DNA from: an uncultured Candidatus Binatia bacterium
GTDB lineage: Bacteria; Desulfobacterota; Binatia; UBA9968; JAJDTQ01
Reading direction: 5' to 3'
DNA: 64,000 bases
Assembly (NCBI GenBank): GCA_965215605.1
Contig: OZ244070.1
Span: forward strand, 1,504,001-1,568,000
In this document: in pieces, positions 39,095-48,762 of the stretch
Layout of the letters: every line of letters starts with the position of its first letter
Numbering within the stretch: position 1 is the first letter of the stretch
Notes under the pieces: generated by a model
Database searches by the model: none
What the model was told of the DNA's origin: nothing
What the model saw: only the letters and a program-made list of their open reading frames with translations
Made by a program: the position numbers and the translations under genes

Positions 39095-40051
39095 CTAAAC
39101 GGCCGTCCCCTGTGTGCCGACCAGTTCCCGCGGCAGCTTGAAGGTGACGTTCTCCTCAATGCCGTCGAGGTCGGCCAGGGTGACGTCGAACATGTCGCAG
39201 AGCCGGTCCACCAATCCCTGCACCAGTCCTTCCGGCGCCGAGGCGCCCGCGGTGATCCCCACGGTCTTCGCCCCTTCCAGCCAGGCGGGGTCCAGGCTGC
39301 CGGCATCCGGGATGAGGTGGCTGTCGGTTCCCACCTCATCGCCGATCTCACGCAACCGGTTCGAGTTGGAGCTGTAGTCCGCGCCGATGACCAGGATCAC
39401 GTCGGACTCGGCCGCCAGCAGCCGCACCGCGGTCTGCCGGTTCTGCGTCGCATAGCAAATATCCTTCACGTCAGGACCCCGGACTTCGGGAAACCGGGAC
39501 CTCAACGCGGCGATGATCTCGCGGGTATCGTCGACGCTCAGGGTCGTCTGCGTAACGTATGCAAGCTTCGCCGGGTCGGCGGGTTCCAACGCCTCCACGT
39601 CGGAGATGTTGGACACCAGGTGCACCGTGCCCGGCACCTGCCCCATGGTGCCCTCCACCTCCGGGTGCCCGGAGTGGCCGATGAGAACCACCTCGTAACC
39701 CTGCCGCGCATAGCGCTGCGCCTCGACGTGCACCTTGCTCACCAGCGGACAGGTGGCGTCGATCACCTGGAGACCTCGGGCATCCGCGGCGTCCTCGACT
39801 TTCCGGGACACGCCGTGGGCGCTGAACACAGTCACCGCGTCCTTCGGGATGTCGGAGACCTTTTCGACGAACCGGGCGCCCTTGGCGCGCAACCCGTTCA
39901 CCACATGTTTGTTGTGGACGATCTCGTGGCGCACGTAGACGGGAGCGCCGTAGATTTCGAGCGCTCGCTCGACGATGTCCACGGCTCTCACCACGCCGGC
40001 GCAGAAGCCTCTCGGCTGCGCCAGGACGACTCGCAGCGGTCGTTTTACCAT
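39095..40051 (-). CDS. ispH: 4-hydroxy-3-methylbut-2-enyl diphosphate reductase
   Basis: [44 protein letters not shown]. Confidence 0.97.
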   Translation of the reverse strand: MVKRPLRVVLAQPRGFCAGVVRAVDIVERALEIYGAPVYVRHEIVHNKHVVNGLRAKGARFVEKVSDIPKDAVTVFSAHGVSRKVEDAADARGLQVIDATCPLVSKVHVEAQRYARQGYEVVLIGHSGHPEVEGTMGQVPGTVHLVSNISDVEALEPADPAKLAYVTQTTLSVDDTREIIAALRSRFPEVRGPDVKDICYATQNRQTAVRLLAAESDVILVIGADYSSNSNRLREIGDEVGTDSHLIPDAGSLDPAWLEGAKTVGITAGASAPEGLVQGLVDRLCDMFDVTLADLDGIEENVTFKLPRELVGTQGTAV

Positions 40052-40156
40052 TGGATTCCCTCCGACGCCGCAGTCGCCCGCGGCGAAACTCACTATGCAG
40101 CAGTTGCCCCGGAGCGTCAATCATGGCTGGCCGCCTGACACGGACCACGACTTCTC

Positions 40157-41416
40157 CTAGGGGACGGTACCTTGGACGGCGCGCGCGGCCATGTGGCCCG
40201 ACCGGACGGCGCTCTCGATGGTGGCGGGAAGCCCGGTATCGATCCAGTCCCCGGCCAGGTACAGGTTGGCGAAACCGCTTCGCGTGTCGGGACGGAGCTT
40301 GGTCTGCGCCGGCGTCTGCGCGAACGTCGCCCGCTTCTCCTTGACCACGCGCCAAGGAGGCAGCGCCGCCGGGTCCCGCGCCAAGGCGGCGGCGACGTCG
40401 TGCCAGGTTTTCCGGGCGATCACGTCGGCCTCCTCGTCGATCATGTCGTCGGCCGCGCTGATGGTGATGGAGGCCACGTCGCCGCGTACGAACAGCCACT
40501 GGGCGGTGCCGCCGATGAGCCCGAGAAACGGCAGGTCTTCCGGCAGGCCGCCGGGTTGCGGCAACCGGAAGTGGGCGTTGACGATGGCATGGCTTTGCTC
40601 CGGAACGGTCACGTCCGGCACCAAGCCCGCCGCCGCCTGGGGCGGCAGCGCCAACACCACGCCTTCCCCGCCGTCCAATTCCACCGTGTCGGTGCCGAAG
40701 TCCAGGCGGCGGGCCACGGCGTCCTCGAACGCGATACTCCGCAAACGGGCTCCAAAGCGGATGGCTGCACCGCGCCGGCTCAGGAGATCCAGCGCCGGGT
40801 CGACGAACGTCGCGGAGAGTCCCGTCCGGGCGATCCGCGGCCGGCAGGCGGCCTCGCCCCTGCCGAAGGTTTCCTGCAGCACCGGCCACAAGAGACGGGC
40901 GGCGCCGGCCCGCGCCGGGCTGTTCAGGGCCGCCACCGCCAGCGGCTCCCAGAACTTCTCGAACAAGGCGCCGCTGTCACCGACGCAGTCGGTTACGGTG
41001 CGGTCCGCGCCGGCCCAGGCGAAGCGCAGGCCCGACAGGTAGTCCCGAGCCCGCGTGTCGGGTACGCGACGGCGGGCGTCGAGGATCCACCAGGGCAGCC
41101 TCCCGGCATTGGGCCGAAGGCGCCATCGCCGGCCCGTGCGCAGGTCCAGGAACGGGAAGCACGCCGAAGCCGGCCCCGCCAACGCGCCTGCCGCGCCGAT
41201 GTCCGCCAGATACCCCATGGTGGCGCTGTTTCCGGTCAGAAGCAGATGGTTGCCGTTGTCGATGGCGCAATCGAGCCGGGCATCGAACCAGGAACGGCAG
41301 CGGCCGCCGGCCTGACCGCTGGCCTCGTAGAGGTTGACGGCATGCCCGGCCCGCGCCAATGCCACGGCGGCGGAAAGGCCGGCCACGCCGGCGCCGATGA
41401 TGTGGGTCCGGGGCAC
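40157..41416 (-). CDS. hpnE: Hydroxysqualene dehydroxylase
   Basis: GAGVAGL, GGRCRS, IDNGNH, EKRATF, LAGDW..TGLPATIESAV; follows hpnCD. Confidence 0.92.
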   Translation of the reverse strand: MPRTHIIGAGVAGLSAAVALARAGHAVNLYEASGQAGGRCRSWFDARLDCAIDNGNHLLLTGNSATMGYLADIGAAGALAGPASACFPFLDLRTGRRWRLRPNAGRLPWWILDARRRVPDTRARDYLSGLRFAWAGADRTVTDCVGDSGALFEKFWEPLAVAALNSPARAGAARLLWPVLQETFGRGEAACRPRIARTGLSATFVDPALDLLSRRGAAIRFGARLRSIAFEDAVARRLDFGTDTVELDGGEGVVLALPPQAAAGLVPDVTVPEQSHAIVNAHFRLPQPGGLPEDLPFLGLIGGTAQWLFVRGDVASITISAADDMIDEEADVIARKTWHDVAAALARDPAALPPWRVVKEKRATFAQTPAQTKLRPDTRSGFANLYLAGDWIDTGLPATIESAVRSGHMAARAVQGTVP

Positions 41417-41425
41417 GGCCGGCCG

Positions 41426-42301
41426 TCAGAGAAGCCCGTATCGCAGGGCGATCCACAATTTGTGCGCCCGCGTCAGACGGACGGGACGGTCGATGCGCGT
41501 CCAGCCCCGCTCATCAAGGCGCCGGAGCGTCTCCCGATAGACCGCCATCATCAGCACGATGGGCCGCACCTGGCGCCATCCGAGCTGCGTCAGCAGCCGG
41601 TCGGTCCTGTCGTAATGGTCGCGAGCGAGGTCCGCCAACTCGGCGCAGGCGGCGGCAAAGCCCGGATGGAGGAACACGGCGTCCAGGGTGCCCTCCGCCA
41701 CGCCGTGCCGTTTCACCATCTCCAGGGGGACGTAGAGGCGCTCGTTGGCCGCGTCCTCCTTCACGTCGCGCAGGATGTTGGTGAGTTGCACGGCGTTACC
41801 GAGGGTCTCGGCGATCCGGTATCCCGGATCCCGGGGCACGCCGAAGGCGTGGATGGAAAGCATGCCCACCGCGCCGGCCACCTTGCGGCAATAGCTCAGC
41901 AGGTCGTCCAGGGTCTGCATCCTCACCGCGGGCGCCGCGTCGGTCTCCACGCCGTCGATGACGGCCAGGAACTCCTCCCGCGGCATCTGGAAGCGGCGCA
42001 CGGGCTGCAGCAGCGCCCGTGTGGTCAGCCACCGCGGGTCGCCCGCGTAGAGCCGCGCGATTTCTTCCCGCCAGGCCGCCAGTCCCCGTTTCTTTTCCGC
42101 GGTCTCCCCGGGTTCGTCGGCGACGTCGTCCACCTCCCGGCAGAAAGCGTAGATGGCATATATGGCGCGGCGACGCTCCGCCGGCAGCACCCTCATGCCC
42201 CAGAGGAACGAGGTGCCCGACCGCGCCACCACCCGGTGGACGTGGGTCCAAGGCTCGATGGCGTCGTGGGCCGCCACGTGCGCGGCCCTATCCGTTTCCA
42301 T
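41426..42301 (-). CDS. hpnD: Presqualene diphosphate synthase
   Basis: SGTSFLWGM, YAFCREVDDVAD, VAGAVG, QLTNILRDVKED. Confidence 0.93.
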   Translation of the reverse strand: METDRAAHVAAHDAIEPWTHVHRVVARSGTSFLWGMRVLPAERRRAIYAIYAFCREVDDVADEPGETAEKKRGLAAWREEIARLYAGDPRWLTTRALLQPVRRFQMPREEFLAVIDGVETDAAPAVRMQTLDDLLSYCRKVAGAVGMLSIHAFGVPRDPGYRIAETLGNAVQLTNILRDVKEDAANERLYVPLEMVKRHGVAEGTLDAVFLHPGFAAACAELADLARDHYDRTDRLLTQLGWRQVRPIVLMMAVYRETLRRLDERGWTRIDRPVRLTRAHKLWIALRYGLL

Positions 42302-43169
42302 TGGATGAATCCTGGCGGTGCCGCCGGAACAGCACCCGGCCGATGCCCCATGCGCCGCAGGCCGCGAACTGTGTCTTGGTCAGCGCCACGCGCTCGGCCA
42401 AGGGGTCGCGCCGGCGCAATTCCGCGCTGAGCCGGTGAGCCATGGCGACGATGACGGCGGCTTCCAGGGCGAACCGGAGGTTGCGGAGCCGTCCGGGCAA
42501 CGTGTCCGCCAGCTCAAGCAGTGCGTCGGTGCCGTCGAGGCACTGGTCCAGCACCCGCCGCAATGCCGTCGTGGTACGGCTTCCTCCAAGCGCCTCGACG
42601 CCGGCGCCCGCGGCGGCCATCCAGTCCCGGGGCAGATAGACCCGGTCCAACGCCTTGTAGTCGTCGCCGCAGTCCTGCAGATGGTTGAGCACCTGCAACG
42701 CGTTGCAAAGGGCGTCCGATGACGGGTAGGCCGCGGACGACTCGCCGTGGAGGTCCACGAGGTAGCGGCCCACCGGCGCCGCGGACAGTTTGCAGTAGGC
42801 CATGAGGTCGGTCCAGTCGTCGTAGCGCAGCTTGACCGCGTCCTGCTTGAACGCCCGGGTCAGGTCCACGCAGTGGCGGTGCGACACCCCGGTCTCCGCC
42901 AGGCTGCGGCGAATCTCGTGGGCCTTGCGGAAGGCCGGATCCGCGGTGTCGACGCCGCTCACGGCCCGGGCGAAACCGTCCATGCGGGCGACCTTGTCGG
43001 CAGGCTCCAGGTCGGGGTTGTCGGCGATGTCGTCGATGGCCCGGGCGTAGGCGTAGAAGGTCGCGATGTGCGGCCGAAGGCGCGCCGGCAGCAGCCAGGA
43101 ACCGACGGGAAAGTTCTCGTCTGCCGCGGCCTTGCCGGACGGCGTTTCTATGGCGACTGACTCGGCCAT
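42288..43169 (-). CDS. hpnC: Hydroxysqualene synthase
   Basis: ENFPVGS, RAIDDIAD, SAAPVGR, LQVLNHLQD. Confidence 0.93.
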   Translation of the reverse strand: MAESVAIETPSGKAAADENFPVGSWLLPARLRPHIATFYAYARAIDDIADNPDLEPADKVARMDGFARAVSGVDTADPAFRKAHEIRRSLAETGVSHRHCVDLTRAFKQDAVKLRYDDWTDLMAYCKLSAAPVGRYLVDLHGESSAAYPSSDALCNALQVLNHLQDCGDDYKALDRVYLPRDWMAAAGAGVEALGGSRTTTALRRVLDQCLDGTDALLELADTLPGRLRNLRFALEAAVIVAMAHRLSAELRRRDPLAERVALTKTQFAACGAWGIGRVLFRRHRQDSSNGNG

Positions 43170-43423
43170 TGCGTACTCATGGGTGGTGGCGTGCTTGAGG
43201 TCAGGCTATCACGAAAGCGGCGGTTACTGCCATACGGCGGAGCGCCGGCGGCGCGGGTGCCGAAACCGGATATCCCGTGATATGAGAGCCCCATGATGAC
43301 GACTCGTATCGCACTGATGGCCGCCATGGTGCTGCTGGCCGGAAACAGCGGCTACGATGTGGCGGCGCCGAGCGGCGACATCATCGAGCCGCTGGATGAG
43401 TCGCGGGAAGCCGAGGAGGCACA

Positions 43424-44308
43424 ATGGCAGAGACATCCACCGATCTTTTTCGTGTAACCCTTCTCGGCACCGGCGCGCCGCCGCCGAGGCTCGACCGGTT
43501 CGGGCCCAGCACCCTGGTCGAGGTGGGCGGTGAGAAGCTGCTATTCGATGCCGGGCGCGGCGCTTTGCAACGCCTGTTCCAACTCGAGATTCCGTTCGGC
43601 GAGGTCACCGCCATGTTTCTCACCCATCACCACTCGGACCACGTGGTGGGGTTCACCGATCTCTGGCTCACCGGCTGGATCGGCATGCCCTGGGGCAAGC
43701 GCAACGTACCGCTCAAGGTGTGGGGACCCGAGGGCACGAACCAGATGGCCGAACACCTGCCGCTCGCCTTCGCGACCGATATCCGCGTCCGCAGCCACAG
43801 CTACCCCGCGGAGGGCGTGAAGCTGGAATCCACCGAGATCGAGGAGGGGGTGGTCTACGAGTCCGGCGACATCCGGGTCACCACCTTCAAGGTCGATCAC
43901 GGCGGCGAGGAACTCGATGCCTTCGGCTACCGCATCGACTTCCAGGGACGCTCGGCCGTGCTGTCCGGCGACACCACGTTCAACGAAAACCTCATTGCCC
44001 ATTCGCAGAATGTCGATCTGCTGGTGCACGAGGTGCAACACGGCATGGGCCAGGGTGTCCAGCGCGCCAACCTGGAGCGAATCCGCCGCAACCACACCAT
44101 CCCGCAAGACGCCGGCGTCGTATTCACCCGCACCAAACCCAGGCTCGCCGCCTACACGCATCTCCTGCTCTTCGGCGAGGCCACGCCCGCCGACCTGATC
44201 CCGGCCACGCGCGGCACCTACGACGGGCCGTTGGTGGTGGGCGAGGACCTGATGCGGTTCGAGATCGGCGATGAGGTGCGAAGCAGCCGGTTTACGCCGC
44301 CGGACTGA
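43424..44308 (+). CDS. MBL-fold metallo-hydrolase (RNase Z/arylsulfatase-like)
   Basis: LLGTG, THHHSDH, VDH, SGDT, VHE, NHT, THL. Confidence 0.9.
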   Translation: MAETSTDLFRVTLLGTGAPPPRLDRFGPSTLVEVGGEKLLFDAGRGALQRLFQLEIPFGEVTAMFLTHHHSDHVVGFTDLWLTGWIGMPWGKRNVPLKVWGPEGTNQMAEHLPLAFATDIRVRSHSYPAEGVKLESTEIEEGVVYESGDIRVTTFKVDHGGEELDAFGYRIDFQGRSAVLSGDTTFNENLIAHSQNVDLLVHEVQHGMGQGVQRANLERIRRNHTIPQDAGVVFTRTKPRLAAYTHLLLFGEATPADLIPATRGTYDGPLVVGEDLMRFEIGDEVRSSRFTPPD

Positions 44309-44525
44309 ACCTCGTTCAGGTTACCGCGAGCGGAACTCCGCAAGGTGCGTGTGCTCCACGAGCTGATGCATGTTTTGAAGCGTGAAGACCTTGTCCCGGG
44401 TTGAAAGAAGCAGCTTCTTCATGTCCTCGCGTCGGATTCCGAAACCTCGCCCGGCGATGCAGGCTGCCACTTCGAACCCAGGTTGGCTTGGTGGCCTAGG
44501 ATACGGACCCTAGTCCAACCTTCCC

Positions 44526-45062
44526 TCACGATCCAGCCAAGGCATCGAGTCTGATTCGATCCGGCCGGGTGAGCCGGCGTTTGTGGTGGCGCAGCTCCAA
44601 GCTGGCGTTGAAGGCCGCGAGAATCTCATCGTCTGCAGTTGCCAATTCCTCGCCAAGGTGCTGCGTGAGCCAGTGCGTTACATCCGACCACCGCCATAAT
44701 CGGTAACGGCTGCGGGGATCCGTGACCGGCGGAGGAAACCCACCGGGACCCCGTGCTCCAGTAATCAGGAGCCGCATCCCTTCCCGTGTGCGTCCGATAC
44801 GCGAGGCGATGTCCGCCATGGAGACAAAACCTGCGTCGGCGATCCGCACCACGGCGACGCCATTGATACGTTCCAGGTCGGCCACTGCCGAGATGATGGC
44901 TTGGTCGAGGCCGGCGGCTTCCCGGTCGAAATCGACATACTGGATACCGTCGACCCGGCCGACCGCAGCATCGTCACATCCCGCCTCGAAAGCCGCGTCG
45001 ATAAGGGCATCGTCCTGCAAATCGGGACCGTCAACGATCAGAGTGAAATGGTGTATTGGCAT
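44526..45062 (-). CDS. HicB-like antitoxin / DNA-binding protein (178 aa)
   Basis: Start MPIHHFTL; FEAGCDDA..G...VDFDREA N-domain; HTH MADIASRIGRTREGMR; GGFPPP...LWRWSDV. Confidence 0.7.
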   Translation of the reverse strand: MPIHHFTLIVDGPDLQDDALIDAAFEAGCDDAAVGRVDGIQYVDFDREAAGLDQAIISAVADLERINGVAVVRIADAGFVSMADIASRIGRTREGMRLLITGARGPGGFPPPVTDPRSRYRLWRWSDVTHWLTQHLGEELATADDEILAAFNASLELRHHKRRLTRPDRIRLDALAGS

Positions 45063-45087
45063 TTCAGGTTTCCCCGTCGTCCGCGTA

Positions 45088-45315
45088 CTACTTGTGTGGA
45101 CACCGTCTGATGAAGCGGCGCAGTTGCTCCGCGTGAACTCCGGTGCTGCGAGGCGTGGACCAGATTGACACCTGGCACCCAAAGCGATTCGACTCTCCGC
45201 ACCGCATAACGCCCCAACGATGCCCGGATGCCGTCACAGTGACTGTCCACCTTGCTGTCTCAGCATCACGCAATGCACTTTCTACATCCTTTTTCGGGTG
45301 CCTCGCCCTTGCCAC
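45088..45315 (-). CDS. HicA-like putative toxin (75 aa, Cys-rich)
   Basis: GTG start; HPKKDVESALRDAE..RWTV...SGHRWG.MRC....GCQVSIWSTP.....HAEQLRR...RCPH; directly upstream of the HicB-like gene. Confidence 0.65.
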   Translation of the reverse strand: MARARHPKKDVESALRDAETARWTVTVTASGHRWGVMRCGESNRFGCQVSIWSTPRSTGVHAEQLRRFIRRCPHK

Positions 45316-45350
45316 GTTGACACGATACAACGGATACTCAGCATTGTCCA
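45315..45350 (-). promoter_or_regulatory. Candidate leaderless sigma70 promoter with overlapping operator for the TA pair
   Basis: Minus strand TGGACA-N17-TATCGT ending 6 nt before GTG; inverted repeat CGTTG-N8-CAACG (45315-45332) covers the -10. Confidence 0.55.
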
Positions 45351-45629
45351 GTTCGCCCACTTGGCAAGATAATGCCCGGAGCGGCGGACTGCTCAACAGC
45401 GGCATGTCGTGGATGTGAGGTCGTTTCTGCCGGCGCCCGGGCGGCGGCGTAGCGTGGTACCGTGAAGCTGCTCCGCGTCCCCTGTCATGGTATCGGATGT
45501 CGAGCCCCATGTAATTGAAATCACCCTGAGAATGTGGTTCGGGGATAGGATCACAGCTTTGCGAACTCAAGGTCCAACTCGCATCACTGGCCTTCAGCCG
45601 TCAACGAACGCTCCCGGAAGGAGATAGAC

Positions 45630-46607
45630 TTGGCCCAGACACAGGCAACCGCCGGATCCCGTGGGGTCCCCCTCGACGTCGCCAGCAACGACTACCCGTT
45701 CTTCGGCGCTCTCACCAGCGGCCGCCACCAGGCCTACGGCCTGGACCTTCGCTGGCATTACGTGGACCCGCCGAACAAGCTGTTCCGGCAGGTGCTTAAG
45801 TCACCCCGGTACGACGTCACCGAGCTTTCCCTGTCGAGCTACACCATGATGCGGGAGCAGGGCTGGCGCGCCTACAAGGCGTTCCCCATCTTCACCTCCC
45901 GCCGTTTCCGGCACTCGGCGCTGTTCGTGCGGAAGGGCAGCCGGCTGGTGAGCGGGGAGCAGCTCAAGGGCAAGCGGGTCGGGGTGCCGGACTTCCACAT
46001 GACCGCGGCGGTGTGGATCCGGGGCATTCTCCAGGAGGACTTCGGCGTCAGGCCGGAGGACATCCGCTGGTTCACCGGCCGGGTGGAGCGGGTCAAGCTG
46101 CCGCCGGCCATCGCCGAAAAGACGGTGTACGTGGGCAAGGAGGCGCGGCTCTTCGACTGGCTGCTGGAAAAGAAGCTCGACGCGGTGATCTACGCCCACC
46201 TGACCCGGCCGCCGGTGCCGGAAGGCGCCGTGCGATGTCTGTTCCCCGACGCCGTCGAACGGGAAAAGGACTACTTCCGGAAGCACGGAGTCATTCCCAT
46301 CATGCACCTCATGGCCATCAGGGAGAAGCACCTGGAGAAGGGGCTCGGGATCGCCCGCAAGGTGGAGCGGGTGCTCAGGAAAGAGAAGGAATCGTTCCTG
46401 AAGCGGCTGGAGTTGGTTAGCTCGGCCGGCGTGCTCCCCTGGTTTTCCGAGTACGTGGACAACACCGCCGGAGTCCTGGGCCGCGACCCCTGGCCTCACG
46501 GCATCGAGGCCAACCGCAAGGGCTTGGAGAAGTTCCTCGACTACTCCACGGCCCAGGGGCTGATCTCGCACCGGCCGGACCTGCGCGAGCTGTTCATCGA
46601 CGTCTGA
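45630..46607 (+). CDS. 4,5-dihydroxyphthalate decarboxylase-like (Pht5/OphC-like, PBP2-fold) protein
   Basis: YDVTELSLSSY, PIFTSRRFRHS, LKGKRVGVP..HMTAAVWIRGIL, PIMH, DPWPHGIEANR; TTG start after AAGGAG. Confidence 0.8.
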   Translation: MAQTQATAGSRGVPLDVASNDYPFFGALTSGRHQAYGLDLRWHYVDPPNKLFRQVLKSPRYDVTELSLSSYTMMREQGWRAYKAFPIFTSRRFRHSALFVRKGSRLVSGEQLKGKRVGVPDFHMTAAVWIRGILQEDFGVRPEDIRWFTGRVERVKLPPAIAEKTVYVGKEARLFDWLLEKKLDAVIYAHLTRPPVPEGAVRCLFPDAVEREKDYFRKHGVIPIMHLMAIREKHLEKGLGIARKVERVLRKEKESFLKRLELVSSAGVLPWFSEYVDNTAGVLGRDPWPHGIEANRKGLEKFLDYSTAQGLISHRPDLRELFIDV

Positions 46608-46644
46608 CGAATCCCGGGGTATCCGGCAATGCCCGGCCCAGGCC

Positions 46645-47256
46645 TCACAGCACGAACGGCATGGTGGCCGCCAGCAGCACGCTCTGGTCCAGCAGCATGG
46701 TGCGCTTGCAGATCTTCCAGTGGCCGTCCACCTTGCGCAGCACGTCGTCGCGTTTGCCGGCGAAGATGTCGGTGCTGTCCTCGAGCTTGTTCCGGTAGAT
46801 CAGTATCCGGTACTTGACGCTGACTTCCTCGGGTTCTTCCAGGCTGGGCGTGGCGCGGATGGCGTGGACGTTGGAGATGATGCGGGAGACCCTGGGCGAC
46901 GGCTCCTCCACCCAATGGACCCCGGAGGTGATCTGCTTGATGCGCAGCCGCAGGGTGGCCTTGCCCTCGTCGAACCAGTTCATGTCCCGGCCCTGGCGGG
47001 TGTTCTCCGTGTCCCAGCGGCCGAACTGCACGTTCCGCCGCATGGGCGCCCAGTACGAGATGTCGTCGGTCAGCAGCGCCAGCCACTCCTCGTAGCGGCG
47101 TTCGTCCAGCAGGTCCGCCTCGGCGCACAGGAACTCGTGCACCTCCTGCGCCAGCAGCAGGTAGGGCAGCCCCTTGCCGGCGCCGGCGGCGGCCGGATAT
47201 CCGCCGCTTTCCCGTCCCGGGAGCGTCTCGGCCGGCGTGGTCCTACGACTCGTCAT
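46645..47256 (-). CDS. Aromatic ring-hydroxylating dioxygenase beta subunit
   Basis: EADLLDERRYEEWL, YWAP, LRLRIKQ...W.EEP, GKRDDVLR...WKI.KR..LLDQ. Confidence 0.93.
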   Translation of the reverse strand: MTSRRTTPAETLPGRESGGYPAAAGAGKGLPYLLLAQEVHEFLCAEADLLDERRYEEWLALLTDDISYWAPMRRNVQFGRWDTENTRQGRDMNWFDEGKATLRLRIKQITSGVHWVEEPSPRVSRIISNVHAIRATPSLEEPEEVSVKYRILIYRNKLEDSTDIFAGKRDDVLRKVDGHWKICKRTMLLDQSVLLAATMPFVL

Positions 47257-48595
47257 TCATGAGCTCCGCCCAGCGCCGGTAGAAGGCCCGGGCGCCTTCC
47301 TCGGAAAACGACGCCTTGACGGTCACCGCATCCGGGAGGTTCTCCACCGGCTGGGCGAACCCCAGGCCCATGCCGTAGTGGTAGGGGTAGCGCCGGGCGA
47401 TGGTGCCCCGGCTGGCCTCGGTGGCGTAGATCCAGTTGTCCATGTCGTCCGACTCCACCATGCCGGCCGGGCCGGAGAACCGCATGTAGTAGTGGCGCAG
47501 CAGGTCCTTGACCTCCCAGGGGGCATCCCGGTCCACCAGGTACCAGCGCCATGCCTCGGTCGTGCTCGGACCGACCGGATGCCACACCACCATGGTCCGG
47601 GGGAACCAGGGGTGGAACGCGGTGTTGGGGAAGACGTTGCCGTTGCCGGGGGTTACCGTGACCTTCCCCTTCAGGCGTTCCCGCCGCTTCCGCTCCACCT
47701 CCTCGAAGTACTCCGCCACCAGCGGGTCGTTGGGGAACTCGGGGAACGATGGCTCGGCGCCCATTTCCGGCGGCCCGGTGATGGTGGCATGGCCGAGGCC
47801 CGGGAACGCCAGCAGTCCGCTGGTGAACCGCCTGGCCTGGTTCTTGTGGGCCGAGCCGTGGCGCTCCTGTCCTTCCCCGCCCGGCCCCAGCCCGGCGATC
47901 TCCGCGGACTTGTGGGTGGTGGGGCTGTGGTAGGTGTCCCAGGCGAAGTTCTCGGCGGCAAACTTCCAGTTGCAGGGCATCCGCCACTTGACCATGCCGC
48001 CCAGCACCTCCGAGCCGCCCTCGCTGCCGTCCCGCGCGTCCAGCAACGCATCGAGGTACAGGCGCATGCCGCCCAGGTACTCCTCGAAGGACGGCGCGGA
48101 CTCGTCCCATGTGGCCCAGATCGTCCCCTTGTAGACCTCCATCCCGGCCACGTGGATCAGCCCCCACGCCGACTTGTCGAGCTGCTCGCGGTAGCCTGCG
48201 CGGTACTGGGGAACGCCGTAGAGATCCCCCGGCGTCTTCACCAGGCCGCCGTCGGTGGAGTAGCTCCAGCCGTGGTAGGGGCAGGTGAACACCGCGGTGT
48301 TGCCCTGGTCATAGCGGCACACCTTCATGCCCCGGTGCCGGCAGGTGTTCAGCAGGACGTGGAGCCGCCGTTGCGGGTCCCGGGTGACGATCACCGACTC
48401 CTCGCCCATTCGGGAGAGGAAGAAGTCGCCGGCCTCGGGGATCTGGCTCTCGTGCCCGACGAAAAGCCAGGTGCGCGCGAAGATCTGCTCCAGCTCGTCG
48501 CGGTAGATGTCCTCGTTGACGAAGATCTCCCTGCTGATGATGCCGCGGTCGACATCCACCCACGCCCCGTTCCGTCGTCTGCCGTTGTCCACCAC
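47243..48595 (-). CDS. Aromatic ring-hydroxylating dioxygenase alpha subunit (Rieske)
   Basis: CRHRG...CPYHGW Rieske motif; NWKFAAENF..DTYH...TH and ESDD mononuclear iron ligands. Confidence 0.96.
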   Translation of the reverse strand: MVDNGRRRNGAWVDVDRGIISREIFVNEDIYRDELEQIFARTWLFVGHESQIPEAGDFFLSRMGEESVIVTRDPQRRLHVLLNTCRHRGMKVCRYDQGNTAVFTCPYHGWSYSTDGGLVKTPGDLYGVPQYRAGYREQLDKSAWGLIHVAGMEVYKGTIWATWDESAPSFEEYLGGMRLYLDALLDARDGSEGGSEVLGGMVKWRMPCNWKFAAENFAWDTYHSPTTHKSAEIAGLGPGGEGQERHGSAHKNQARRFTSGLLAFPGLGHATITGPPEMGAEPSFPEFPNDPLVAEYFEEVERKRRERLKGKVTVTPGNGNVFPNTAFHPWFPRTMVVWHPVGPSTTEAWRWYLVDRDAPWEVKDLLRHYYMRFSGPAGMVESDDMDNWIYATEASRGTIARRYPYHYGMGLGFAQPVENLPDAVTVKASFSEEGARAFYRRWAELMNDES

Positions 48596-48675
48596 GCCTC
48601 CAGAGTAGGTCTGGTTCGAGAATGACTAATGGAAACAGCGGAAGCCGCGTGTTGTCAAGGATCGCCACCCCGCTC

Positions 48676-48703
48676 CTGGACTCCCGCTTTCGCGGGAATG
48701 ACG
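48676..48703 (-). repeat. CGTC-type REP-like palindrome (single copy)
   Basis: Minus strand CGTCATTCCCGCGAAAGCGGGAGTCCAG, near-identical to 15396-15423. Confidence 0.85.
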
Positions 48704-48708
48704 GAGGT

Positions 48709-48745
48709 GTACCGTGCGGTCCGGTGCCGTACCGTGCGGTCCGGT
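48709..48745. repeat. 17-bp direct repeat x2 (20-bp period)
   Basis: GTACCGTGCGGTCCGGT-GCC-GTACCGTGCGGTCCGGT. Confidence 0.8.
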
Positions 48746-48762
48746 CGGGATGGCGCGGGCAC

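Noticed and set aside
44306-44404. Selenocysteine readthrough of the MBL gene TGA
   Set aside because: The MBL domain is already complete and the hairpin overlaps the stop rather than resembling a bacterial SECIS.
48709-48745. CRISPR-like repeat
   Set aside because: Only two 17-bp copies with a 3-bp spacer and no cas genes; no CRISPR array seen in the window.
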